From Octopus vulgaris (lineage: Eukaryota), in assembly GCA_951406725.2 (NCBI GenBank), contig OX597818.1:8866001-8930000 (forward strand): a DNA stretch of 64,000 bases, read 5' to 3'. The position numbers were made by a program, and so were the translations under genes. Below, piece by piece: positions 40,108 to 52,513 of this stretch. The notes under the pieces were generated by a model. That model saw only the letters and a list, made by a program, of their open reading frames with translations. It did not search any database and had not been told where the DNA came from. Numbering within the stretch: position 1 is the first letter of the stretch; the number at the start of each line of letters is the position of its first letter.

Positions 40108-40353
40108 TTACAGGGTAAAAGTTTTTCAATTTTCTCCTGGTTTACGGTATTAATGTTATTTTGCGGTTAAAGCTTTTGGCTGTTATTTCTAGTGGGTGAA
40201 TGGCCTATTATGGCCGTTCCTTGATTGTGATGTTGAACGTAAAAATGGTTTATGACTATTTAATTTTTTCCTACTAGGCCGCTGGTGGCAAAAGAATTCT
40301 ACAAAATTTTTTTTGTCACCCTATATTGATTAATTATATATATATATATATAT

Positions 40354-40408
<55 letters not shown>

Positions 40409-40436
40409 TCATAAACATGCATGCATATATACATAC

Positions 40437-40492
<56 letters not shown>

Positions 40493-40554
40493 ACATACAT
40501 CTATATATATGCTATTATACATACACACACACAATATATATATATATATATATA

Positions 40555-43500
40555 TTCGCTCAGTCGAAGTCGACTCTCGGTTCCTCCATGGATCAGTGTC
40601 CACCAGTTAGTTCTATCTTGGGCCGCTTCTTTCAGACTGGCTATGTCCATTCCGGTATCACTCTTGATGGTGTCAAGCCAGCCGGTTCTTGGTCGGCCTC
40701 TTCCTCTCTTGCCACTGACCATTCCGAGCATGATATCCTCCTTCAGGGATTTTCTCCTCATAATATGACCAAAATATGCCAATCTATGCTTGGTGATCCT
40801 AGCTTCTAGTGACATATTCAGCCTGATCTGCTTAAGAACTTCTCCATTGGTGAGCCTCGCTGTCCATGGAATCCGTAAAAGTCTTCTCCCACACTAAAGC
40901 TCGAATGCATTAATTCTCTTCTGGTCAGCTTTCTTTAGTGTCCATGTCTCGCATCCATATGTTGCTATTGGGAAGACAATTGTATTCACCAAACTTCATT
41001 TGGTAGCGAGTCTGATGTCTCTACTCTTCCAGACCCTGCTCATGTTGATCATTGCCTCTCTACCTAGTACTATCTGCTATCTTATTTCTGGAGTGCAGTC
41101 ACCATCTCGATTTATTTTGGAGCCAAGGAAGATGAAATCATCAACCACTTCGATCTCTTCATTATCGATCTTGATGCTGATGTTTGTTGTGGCTGCTGTT
41201 GACATGATCTTTGTTTCTTAACATTGAGGTACAGCCCAAATTTCTCACTCTCTTTCTTGACTATCAGGACAAGATCCTCCAGATCCTTACCACTCTCCGC
41301 CAGCAGGGTTTTATCATCTGCATAGCGAAGGTTATTAATATTTCTTCCTCCAATGCTGCTATCCTCCAGGCCTGCATTCATCATGACCTTTTCAGCGTAC
41401 ATATTGAAGGCTGCTGGTGACAGGATGCAACCTTGCCGAGTGCTTTTTTCGATCTCAAACCAGTCAGTGTCGCCATATGGTGCCCGTACTGTAGCCTCTT
41501 AATTTGATAGAGTGATCTAATAAGCTGGACAAGGTGTAAAGGTGTTCCCATTTCCTCCAGACATTTCCATAACTTGTCATGATCAATGCTGTCAAAGGCT
41601 TTGGAATAATCGATGAAACACATGTACAGCTTCTTTTGGTATTCTCTTGCCTTTTCCATAATCCACAGTGGGTTGGCGATGTGATCGCGAGTGCCTCTTC
41701 CCTTTCTGAAACTAGCTTGCACCTCTGGCAATTCTCTCTCAATAGTTGTGTTCAGGCGCTTCTGGATGGTTTTAAGGAGAATTTTGCTTACATGGGTGAT
41801 CAGGGTGATGGTACGGTAGTTTGCGCAGTCCTTGGTATCTCTTTTCTTTGGTATTGGGATGAAAACTGACCTCTTCCATTCCCTTGGCCACTTACAGGTT
41901 CTCCATATTCGTTGGCAAAGCGATGTTAGTGTTTTTGTTGGTATTGGCTTGAGTAATTCTAGTGGAATACCATCAGTACCTGGGCCTTTTCGGTTGGCCA
42001 GTTGTTTCATTGCCCATACTACCTCATCCTCCAGGATGTCTGGTTCCAGTTCCAGTTCCAGTGGCTTGTCTTCTGCCTGTTCATCGAGGTTGTTCCCTGC
42101 ATACAACTGTTCAGTGTACTCCTTCCATCTTTTCCTGATCCCTTTTTGGTCATGCAGTTCTTCACCATTTCTCCCTCGGATGGTTGCTTGTCTGGCCATG
42201 AATGCTGTACGGGTCTTCTTTACGTGTTGGTAAAGTTCTCTCATGTTCCCTTTCCTGTTTGCCTCCTCTGCCCTTGCACATTCCTCATTCCAGTATTTCT
42301 CTTTGTCCTTCCTGGCGGCCTGTTGGAACATTGCATTCAGGCGCCGCACTTCATCCCTGCTTCTGGTCATCTTTGCTCTCTTTCTTTCTTCTGCTATTGC
42401 AATAGTCTCTTCCGAAATCCACTTTGCTGATCATATGGGTTTCTTGTACAGTACATGTTTCTCTGCTATTTCAATGACAATTTACTTCACCTTCTCCCAT
42501 ATTTCTTCTGCTTTCTGATTCTCTTCGATGGCGAGCACATCGAAGCGGTTTCTGATCTCAGCGGCATATGATGGACCGATCTTGCTGGTATTAAATTTCT
42601 GGTAAATGGGTGGTCGCTTGACGCTGCAGAGTCTTGATCTTGGCAACCAGAATTTCATGGTCATATGCACAGTCTGCCCCAGGGAACGTCTTCACATCTT
42701 GGACTGAACTCTTCCACCGTTGCTGACATAGGATGTAGTCGATTTGATTGCAGTATTGTCCACTTGGCGACGTCCAGGTATATAACCTTCTTCTTGGTTG
42801 CCGAAACTAAGTATTGGTTAACCGCATGTGTTGTTCTTGACAAAATTGGACCAGTCGATCTCCTGCTTTATTCCGTTCTCCTAATCCAAATTTTCCAACG
42901 ATGACTGCTTCTGCCCTTTCTCCAATTTTGGCATTGAAATCTCCCAGAATATACACAACATCTGCTCGTGGTGTTTCCTCGATTGCGCCCTGAATTTCTG
43001 CATAGAATTGTGCAATCTCATCTTCTTCGGCGTCGGCAGTTGGTGCGTAGATTTGTAGCAATGTGATTTGGCTCATGGTCTGGTAACTTTCAACGCACTT
43101 GGATATTTTCTTGTATAGAACAAATCCCACTCCATGTTGTCTTCTCTTACTATTACCCGAAAAGTACATTGTATGATCACCAGAGTTGAAGAAACCATTG
43201 CCAGTCCAATGAACTTCGCTGACTCCCAGGATATCGATGTTTGACCGATTCATTTCCTTCTTGATTGTGTCCAACTTCTCAATGTTCATCCCCACTTACG
43301 TTCCATATTCCAATTTTTGTGTCTTTTGTGCAGCGCAGAGATCTCAGTTCGCTGGTGGCTACATCAGCAGCCAGGTGTCCAGAAGGATTTGTCCCATCCG
43401 CGTCATCAATACCGCCGCTATTATGATTATCCTTGTGCTCTTCCCCAGTAGCCAATGTGGTATCTCGCAGTCTGGGGGTCCCACTGTTTGGTACCATCAT

Positions 43501-43660
43501 ATTATAATTCTTACACTTTTGATCCATAGAGTATATTGGCCAGGATACTGGGGTAGGTGGCCAGGTCTTTCTCCAGGCCAGAGCCGTTTAGCCAGCATAC
43601 TTACCATATGCCGTTGCCACCCCCAGCAACACGGTGAGGAGAACGGTTGGGCTTTGGAGG

Positions 43661-43663
<3 letters not shown>
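40555..43663 (-). mobile_element. Near full-length RTE-clade (BovB-like) LINE: short 5' UTR, APE endonuclease, RT; frameshifted
   Basis: IGIWNV, DILGVSEVHW, QIYAPT, GDFNAKIG, KGPGTDGIP, NYRTITL, FIDYSKAFDS, NLRYADD and YFGHIMRR...GRPRTGW motifs; (TA)n on both sides. Confidence 0.93.
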
Positions 43664-43710
<47 letters not shown>

Positions 43711-44484
43711 AAATGGGACAAGAACGCAAAACATTCAAATAGACGATACAAAAAACACGGACGGGTCATTCGAAGCCTCTAATCTTCAGTCAAGAACCGG
43801 ATCATCCCCGCTATTTCGGCTGATTAATCTTGAGAGTGCTCCAATCTGGCCAGCCTCAAGGAAAAACTAAGCTACGAGCATTAGATTTCTTGGAAAAACG
43901 AACGAATGTATACGAAACAAGGACAGAAAATCGGACGATGTTATACGAATATAAATACAAAAAACAATAATAATAATAATAATAATAACAACAGGCGTTT
44001 TTCGACCAGAGACCAATTGAACTCAGCTAGCGTATGTATATATACACACATATATACACACATTCCCCCCTCACTTTCCTTGTCTTTGACATACTACCTA
44101 CTGTCTTTGAAAACTCTCCTGTTTTTAAAAAACATTATTCTTCCACCTTTCTACTTCCGGTCATTCAATATGTGACCTCGTGAGTACCACTGGCGATTTT
44201 TTTCCTCTGTCTTCCTTTCTCGGGATCTTTCCTTCTAAGTTTTTCCGACGAAGAGCTCCGCTCGAAACGTTATACCCTCCTCCTTCCCTTCTTTCCTGAG
44301 CGTCCAATAATACTTTATTTGTTCCCCGTCCTCGCGTTGTTTTTTTTTTGCTGTTTTTTGTTTTCTTGTTTGGATTAACTATATATATATATATATATAT
44401 AATATTAGGGAGTAAATCCAAACTTACAGGGAAAAATTAGATTTAGGATTAAATCTAATTTTATAGTATAAATACATATATTAT

Positions 44485-44715
44485 ATTAGAGATAAAAACC
44501 ACTATTAGGCAAATCAAATAGTGATAATCATAAACCAATACATAGAAATAAAATTAATTAATAAAAAATATATAAAATATAAAATTCAAATTAAATTTTT
44601 AATTTAAATTTTGAATTTTATATTTTATATATTTTTTATTAAATAATTTTATATCTATGTATTGGTTTATGATTTTCACTGTTTGATTTGCCTAATAAAG
44701 ATTTTATCTCTAATT
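44485..44715. repeat. AT-rich palindrome, ~110-bp arms
   Basis: ATTAGAGATAAAA..TATTAGGCAAATCAAA..ATCATAAACCAATACATAGA is mirrored by TCTATGTATTGGTTTATGAT..TTTGATTTGCCTAATA..TTTTATCTCTAAT. Confidence 0.85.
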
Positions 44716-44724
44716 TTATATCTC

Positions 44725-45190
44725 GGGTTTGTAAGGGAAATAACTATATAAGCATTTTTAGAGAGTTACTTCCCTTATAAATTCGGGCCTTTCTTAGCCA
44801 TTTTTGTTTTGGTGTCTTCAAGCCATGAAGTCGTTGTTCTAAAAGAACGCTGGTTTCCTTCACAACGCATTACGACGGTGATTTCTTTACACTCCCTTCC
44901 CCACAGCTTCACGAGGGAGGGAAGGGGGAGAAGCAAACAGGTGCAGGTGTGACCATGGACGCCAACTCCGCCGCCATCGACACACGATGCATTTTATGCA
45001 TTAAAATGGAATAAAAAATGATGTTAATTTATTTTTAAAATCGTAGACTCATCGTTGACGCGCGCTAATAGTCAGACGGGCTCGATATGAATCCCGACTA
45101 TAAGATACCCGAATTTGGTTAAACTGCACCGCAAAATGTGGGAGGAGTTAGGAATCTAAATCGAAGGGGACAGACACTCACACAACTAGA

Positions 45191-45200
<10 letters not shown>
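44725..45200 (+). mobile_element. Probable non-autonomous Helitron/Helentron-type (DINE/HINE-like) element
   Basis: 5' subterminal inverted repeat (TAAGGGAAATAACT...AGTTACTTCCCTTA) and 3' end GGAGGAGTT...GGACAGACA...TTTTATATATA; recognised by resemblance only. Confidence 0.5.
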
Positions 45201-45276
<76 letters not shown>

Positions 45277-45279
45277 TAC

Positions 45280-45445
45280 AGCTCGAGCTTCTTTCAGTTT
45301 CCGTCAACCAAGTCTACTCACAAGGATTTGCTTGGCCCAAGACTACAGTAGAAGACACTTGCCAAAAGTGGCACGCTGTGGAACTGAACCTGAAACATTA
45401 TGGTGGGGAAGCAAACCTCTTATCACACAGCTTCGGCTGCGCCTA
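45280..45445 (-). mobile_element. SINE family C head fragment
   Basis: CTTCTTTCAGTTTCCGTC..CACAAGG..GTAGAAGACACTTGCC matches 9676-9826. Confidence 0.7.
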
Positions 45446-45449
45446 TATG

Positions 45450-45492
<43 letters not shown>

Positions 45493-45729
45493 GGAAAAAT
45501 AAGATGAAAAACAGATTTATTTTAACAGTCTAAAGAATATATTAGAATCATAATAGTAAAAGTATTATACAATATTTTGCAACAGCATAATAGCCGGCTT
45601 CTTTACCGCTTTTCAAATTATGAGTTATGATGTATTTCTGAATTAGACATTCTGCTTTCCAGTGGGAATAATTGATGCCCAAGTTATTTTACAGTAAAGG
45701 GGAAGTAATCTATACTATTTCTTAGTGGT

Positions 45730-46560
45730 CTACATTTGATTCTTACAATGGTTGGGATAAATTTTCATTATGGAATTATATTTTATTCCGGCTTCTATAT
45801 TTCGATAAATGAGACCCCCTTATTTAGTCGTACATTTGTTGAGATCCAAACAGCAAATTGATATAATGGGAAGATTAGGAATTGGGGCTGCAGTTGTTCT
45901 GCACATCTATCAACGTGTTCACAGATATATCTGGCGATATTGTATGGAGGATATAGGATGTGTGTGGACCGTACATCTTCATCTGATCGATATTCCTGTC
46001 GACTCTATATAGATTTTATGGAATCCCGAGCACCTGATAACATAAATGAGGTTTTCAGAAGTGCAAGTGAATTTGGATTTAACATTGAATTTTTGTCCTT
46101 GTCTAAAATGGATCCTTTCAAAAGACTGGATATGTTCCAAACTTTTTTACTCTTGCGTCCATTATTCTTGAAACTAATTTATCATTTGTGAGGACCTTCT
46201 TTAATGTCTTTCGTTGTATATTGTCTCTAATGATTTTATTGGTCTGTAGAATTTCGTTCAGTTTGGGATTCTTATGGAGTATTGGGAGATTTGAGACAAT
46301 GATGCTAAATGCTTCTTTTTTCTGGGGTTGTATGTGGAGACATAAGGCAGTGTTTCCAGTAAAGGTGTGTGACGGCAGATTCAGTTTGTATTTTGCTTGG
46401 TTATCATTGAAGCATGCCAAGCTTGGACGTTTACATTAGGGGATGGATCTGTCTGTTTAGAGATAAGGTTTTGAGACAACACCGCCTCTGAGTTCCCTGA
46501 ATAAAAACATTGCTCGTAACTTTCCTTCTTAAAGCTAACAGATGTGTATACGTCTGTATC
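45730..46560 (-). pseudogene. Second Penelope-like element relic (linker plus GIY-YIG region), different clade from 24001-25701
   Basis: NLPILHKNPKLNEIL...TLKKVLT..KL, followed by broken NVIRCSGFH and YRQISVNT/EH.D.C-like segments. Confidence 0.55.
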
Positions 46561-47147
46561 ATTTTTTGTTGATAGATTTATCTCTGGGCATAGTTTTTGT
46601 GGTGATTCGAAACTTATGAATTCTTCAATCTGTCTTTGTTAGTTCGAAAAATAAAATAATTTTGGTTATTTTTTCCTTTATTTGTGACACGTGCTTTCAT
46701 ATGCGTGTATGCCTGTAAATTTCCCGTAGTTGCGTAAACATTGGGATGTACGTGTAGTCCTATAGGTATTGAAAATATATATATATATATATATATATGA
46801 TTGAGTAGACATTCGAGTGTATGCGTAATTAATCAATTTAAGTACTTTCTGTTTTGTTGCATGTATGTTTTATAAGTTGTAAACTTTCCGATGCTGTTTT
46901 CGCATGCGTCTTTCGCACATGTTTCACTGAGACATCGTTCATAGGAGAAACTGTGCTTTGTATGGCAGTAAAATTTCATTTTTGTGATTATTTTCGTTAA
47001 TATGCCGCTTCTTTCAAGTCCTTCACAAGTTCCTTTATCCCATTCCACCGATGTTATTTGATTAGACTCATTTTTAAATGGAGAACCCGGTGAAGCTCAA
47101 ACATGTTGTTATTCAGCCCGGAGCCTCTTTTTCGTTCTGCGCGGAGC

Positions 47148-47198
<51 letters not shown>

Positions 47199-49629
47199 GA
47201 TTATTATTATTATTATTATCATCATCATCATCATCATCATCCTTATCATTATTATTATTATTATTTTCATCATCATCATCATCATCTTTATCATCATTAT
47301 CATTATCATCATTCTTATTGTTATTGTTATTAACATTATTATTAAGGCGGTAGCTAGATACCCTCTTCCAAAATATCAAGCATTGTATCTCCTTAGAAAG
47401 TATTTCTAACTTAAAAAGCGGAAAGCTTAACAGAAGCGTTAGCACGCTGGGTAAAATTAAGTTGTCGTTAAGTCCTGAATTCCAATACCTCTGTAGTCGA
47501 CTTTGACTTTCATCAAAACCGGAGTCGAGGAAATAGGTACTCGAATAAGAAGACGGGTTATAAAAATAGTATCCCAACAATACCAGCCACATTTAACAGA
47601 AAATATACGAATAATAATATCAATGACAATATAAAAAGAAATGAAGAGGAACGCAACACCTTAGTTGATCAAGTAAGAACAACAACAGTGAAAAGCAAGA
47701 CAAAGAGAAGCTTCTAGCAAAGTACAAACTTTAATACAATGGGAATAGTAAATTCTAGAGTTAGCTAAGAAATTACTGGAGCTAATTGTTTGTTGGAAGA
47801 ATTAATGCAAAACGCATCTCGGCAAAGTCGCCGAACAAAGTAGATAAATACACCGAAGATGAAAAACAGTATTGTATAATTTCATTATATTGAAAACGAG
47901 GTGACTTGAGCAAGCGACGGAGGCCCAGGTGGAAAAGTCTGTGAAACAAATGAAAGGCATAAAATCTTATGCCCAACTAAATATGACTAGAAAAATTCTT
48001 CGATTCAAAAGCCGATGATTTCGACTGTGAAGTCATTGACATACTACTGGAAGTTTGACAAATATTGATGAACAATGATGGGAAATATGACAGTGATAGG
48101 TTTGCAAGAATTGGCGATAAAAATGTAGGACTAAATTAAATGGAGAAAAATGGATTTCATGATAACTCAATGCATGTGAAATCAACCACGAATTAGCGGA
48201 AGGACAGAATGCTAGTCCTTCAACACTTACACCTTAAGTGTTTATTCTCGTTTACCTTCTTCTTATCGAATAGAATAGTCAGTGTGAATACACATGGCCT
48301 GGATAGGATCATCTTGGAAGTAAGTTCACTTGCTTTCAATAGATGTTGATGTGGTGGCAATAAGCTAAACCACTATTTCCAAGACGTAAGCACTTGTCAC
48401 CATCTTTGGTTGATTCTTGGGATAGAATCCATTTTTCTGGACACAGAAAATAAGATAATGGTGAGAGATTCATGAAGTCGTATAAACCATGCTTTCAGAT
48501 GAATAGCCGTATAAATCCTGGAAGGTGTGGAGTGCCCATACTAATTTCAAGCATCTGGAAACCGTCCTTGTATCTTCTCACAATTTGGTACACAGGTTCT
48601 AGCAGCTAGAAGAGGACAGAGCACAAGCCTCGCAAAACTGCTTACATTTTTGCAACTCCCTGACATATTACGAATTCTTTTCTCCAGTGCGTCAATGCAG
48701 TAATGCAACCAAACAGCATCGCGTCACCCAGATCGGGTCTAGAGAGAGTCATTAGATAGTATACGGCCATATCTGCCGCAGATAGATTGCTACTCTGACA
48801 GCAAAATCTACTCGCTGGTTAAGGTCAATAGTCACCTATTAGAACTACACAGAAGCATATACTCTGTCCTTCAAGGTTGTCTTCTCTCGTCTCTTTTTTT
48901 GTAGTCAATTCTACAGAAAATAGAGGCATTTATGGGTATCCTACACGAACTAATATGTGGAAGAGCAGCCTCCGTATAAATAGTTATATCGAACACAGTG
49001 AATAGAGCTCAGAGAAATTGCTCTAAGATTCAACGTGGCTGTGATAAGAGCAAAACACAACCAAGTAAGTCAGTGAGTCTCCAGGCGTTTTGTTGAGGGT
49101 ACGTTTTCCACTCGTTTTACGGTACATGTTTCGCTGATAGGAGGAGTGATAAAATGATGCGCAGACATATTGTTGAGGAAGTGACAATTCAATGTTTCAT
49201 TAATGGTAAGAAACGGAACCAAAGTGTTTCAGTCTTGCTTTCTCTCAACTTGTCTCTGTAATAGACATTCACTCGTTTCTCATCTCTCTCAATGGCGAGC
49301 AATATGATAGTTGGAATTTCTAAAGTGCCCGTCAATAGATTTCAACGAGCAACCCTCAGAAGTCTGCTCAATGATAGAGAATAATTTCTTGTTTTGATTT
49401 TTTGCCGCGGTATTATTTCTCTGTATTGTATCGTCCTGAAATGTCCTGGATTAGTTTTGTAAACTCTTAGTGGTTGATACATAAAAAAAAATTACCATTC
49501 TCTTCCTCCTTCTTCTTCCCATCCTCCTCCTCCTCCTCCTCATCATCATCATCATCAAAAACAACAACATCATCATCATCATCATCATCGTCATCTTCAT
49601 CATCATCAGGTCGGTGTTCAGGATTGGAG

Positions 49630-50530
49630 TCAAGAGTTAACCTGGGGAATAAGTTCATCATCATGCTTTCTCTTCAAAAAAGACTTCATGTTTGGAAAAA
49701 GGTGGAAGTCAGATGGTGAGATGTCGGGAGAGTAAGGGGGATGAAGAAGGACTACATAACCGCAGATGTGTGCTTTCAATTGGAGGAGGTGGTCTACTTT
49801 GGTCAGTATACCACGCTTTTCTACTTTGATGGCATCCCGCAATTTCTGCAGCAGGGAAGCATAATATGTCGTGTTAATTGTGGTGCCCTTTACTTCAAAA
49901 TACATAATCACTACTCTACGGTGGTCCCAAAAGACTGTCAGCATCACCTTGCTGCTGAGGGTTTGACACGAGCCTTCTTTGGAAGTGGTGAGTTATCATG
50001 CTTCCATTGCTTCAATTGGACTTCAATCTCAGGATCATAGTGATGAACTCATGTTTCATCGTTTGTGATAAGTCTGCTAGAAATGGCCTCCTCAATTTCT
50101 TGGCACGTTGCCAAAAGAGCCTGGGAGCAATTGACTCGTTCCTGCTTCTGAAAAGGTGCGAGCCATCGGGTAATCCAACGTGCAGACTACTTCCGCATGT
50201 GCAATTGATTGTGAATGATGTTTTCCACAAGGATCCAACACTTATCTTCCATTCGAGGGCTAGTTGCTGAATAGTTATGCGGCGATCCTCCAAAATGGCA
50301 GCTTCCACTTTATGGATGATGTCATCATCAATGGCGGAAAGTGGACGTCTAGGAACAGAAGCAGTTTCCACCGACATCCGGCCGCATTTGAAATATCGTT
50401 GCCAGTGCTTGACTACGTAGTAAGATAGCGTATCGTCATCATAAATTTCTGTTATCTCATCGAAAGTCATTTTTTTCTGTACGACCTTTCAAGTATAAGG
50501 AGCTGATCCCCGATCTGCATTAAACTGCCT
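49630..50530 (-). pseudogene. mariner-type (DD34D) transposase relic
   Basis: W.RYFKCGR.S, GRP-like motif, EDRRITI..LA, VMLTVFWD, HPPYSPDISPSDFHLF. Confidence 0.88.
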
Positions 50531-51263
50531 CTATTATAACACCTTAGTCTACTTCAGCAGCCGAAAAGACAAATGAATGGAGAGATAGGAAATCATTAAT
50601 GAACACCCCTCATCAATTCATTGTAAATGCCAAACATTGTGTTTATTTTAGCAACAATTATTGTTATAACTACACAATCGCTGTTTTTGTATGCTACTGA
50701 AAAAAAAGATTCATTGTATAAGTGATGGCAGAATCGGTAGAGAGCCGAAAATATTTATCTTGCATTATTTAGTTTTGTTCATTTGTATAACGTCTTCAAA
50801 TTCGCCTTACAACGTTGTGAGCCCGATATTATAAGTAAGAGTCACTAACCTATGTTGAATAATTGATTGTAATTTCTCCCCCAAAATCCCAAAGCTGGAA
50901 ATCATTAATTTCATTATTAATCTATTTTTACTATTATCAACACATTTCGCAAGTAATTGTTTTACTTAGGTTACTATCCACTCCTTAAGAACTCTTTGGG
51001 GATTTCTTCAGACGCAGATCTCCCTGGTTAAGTAAAATAGATATACTTGTGAAAGATAATTCTTTGCAAGTGAAATAAATTAACTGTTTCAACAAAATAA
51101 TTATTTCACGTTTAGATAAGAACATTTAAATATTTTAACACCTCAGCTAACACATGACCTATTATTAGTTTACTTAATTTTAGTCTATATACGTGCACTG
51201 AACATTAGTAATTCTTTCAGTTCAAACAGTAACATATATATGTGTGTTTGTGCTTGTGAGTGT

Positions 51264-51300
<37 letters not shown>

Positions 51301-52177
51301 TGTGTGTGTGTGTGTTTGTGTTTGTGTGTGTTTGTGTTTGTGAGTGTGTATGTGTGTGTGCTTGTTTATGTGTGTTTCTTTGTAAGCATGTGTGTTTGCA
51401 TATGAGGACGTACAGCATTTCCTTGCTGCATCTTCACATTCCAGATTACAGATTATTTGTTCTTCTATAACTCGTAGAATATAGTGAATATTTAGCTGGC
51501 TAAGGTGTTATCAAGACCTACTTCAATGTTTTTCAAGTGGCACAGTTATAACGGCCATTTATTTTCACAGTTATAAATTTTCCGGGCTTACATTATCCAA
51601 TATTTCCCACCTTCTCGACCATAGGGTTTTATTTTTTGAAGGTTTCGTCAATATACATGAGGACAGAATAACCGTACCTTCTAGATTCTATTTCTTATCT
51701 CTTTTTTTCACTTCTGCTGTTTTTTATTTCCACCATGCTATCTATTTAACATAGTCATCTTATGGCACGGAATACATGGGATATAATCTTCCTTATTTTA
51801 CTGGCTTTGCCTTAGATAAACTATAACACGTTCATATAATCACTAATTTTATTCTATTGCTCTACACCTTGACTGAACAGTTCTTAGATATGAATAAGAT
51901 TAATTTCCCAGAAGCGTACAAAGGCTCTTCACTGAAGAAAAATGAGGGCTTCTTTGACCTGCATCTTACATCCAAGCCGATAGCGGCATTGTGTTTCTGT
52001 AACCTCCATTGGAAGCCAAATGCCTCGTGATTTATCGATCTTCTACATACCGTCCATTGTATAAATTCCCACCGTCGCTCATATTCACTAATTTCCTGTC
52101 GATTCAATTGTATTTTGGATAATAGATGATAGATTTAATGGCATTCTTTATATCATGATTACGCATATAACATAACC

Positions 52178-52513
52178 TACAATGATAAAAGCACATTCAT
52201 ATCGATAGCGGACGAGAATCGTCTGGCACGCATGGCGGAACAATACCGTCACATGATTTCAACTTACATGCGCTTCATCAGTAGTAGGCACCCGCTCACA
52301 TGCCGGCTATTTGTAATCACAGTGACTATATACTTACTATTCTTTTTTTTTTTGTAATATATTGATGCCGGTGGAATTTGGCTGGCATGAGATAAGCGGG
52401 CGCCAGTTACTGATAAAAACGCATTTACGCTGAAATCCTGTGACCTCGAAGTTTGGTCACTCGTGCCAGACTTCTCTCAATGCTAACTATATTTATGCAC
52501 TTTTATCATTGTA
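52178..52513. mobile_element. Old TA-flanked fold-back MITE
   Basis: TACAATGATAAAAG..CAT...GTCTGGCACG is mirrored by CGTGCCAGAC...ATGCACTTTTATCATTGTA; inner CCCGCT..CATGCC.GC is mirrored by GC.GGCATG..AGCGGG. Confidence 0.7.

Larger units (their letters stand above)
37937..40335. repeat. 484-bp retrozyme-like array: 1.4 antisense units plus 3.5 sense units, near-identical
   Basis: The identical 64-aa ORF marks the period (38882, 39366, 39851; 38121-38315 on minus). Inversion at ~38626. (TA)n at both ends. Confidence 0.97.

Noticed and set aside
37937-40335. CRISPR-like or rDNA/tRNA array
   Set aside because: Units are fully identical with no unique spacers, there are no cas genes or rRNA/tRNA motifs, and the context is eukaryotic.
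41579-43782. Long plus-strand ORFs
   Set aside because: Antisense shadows of the RTE LINE.
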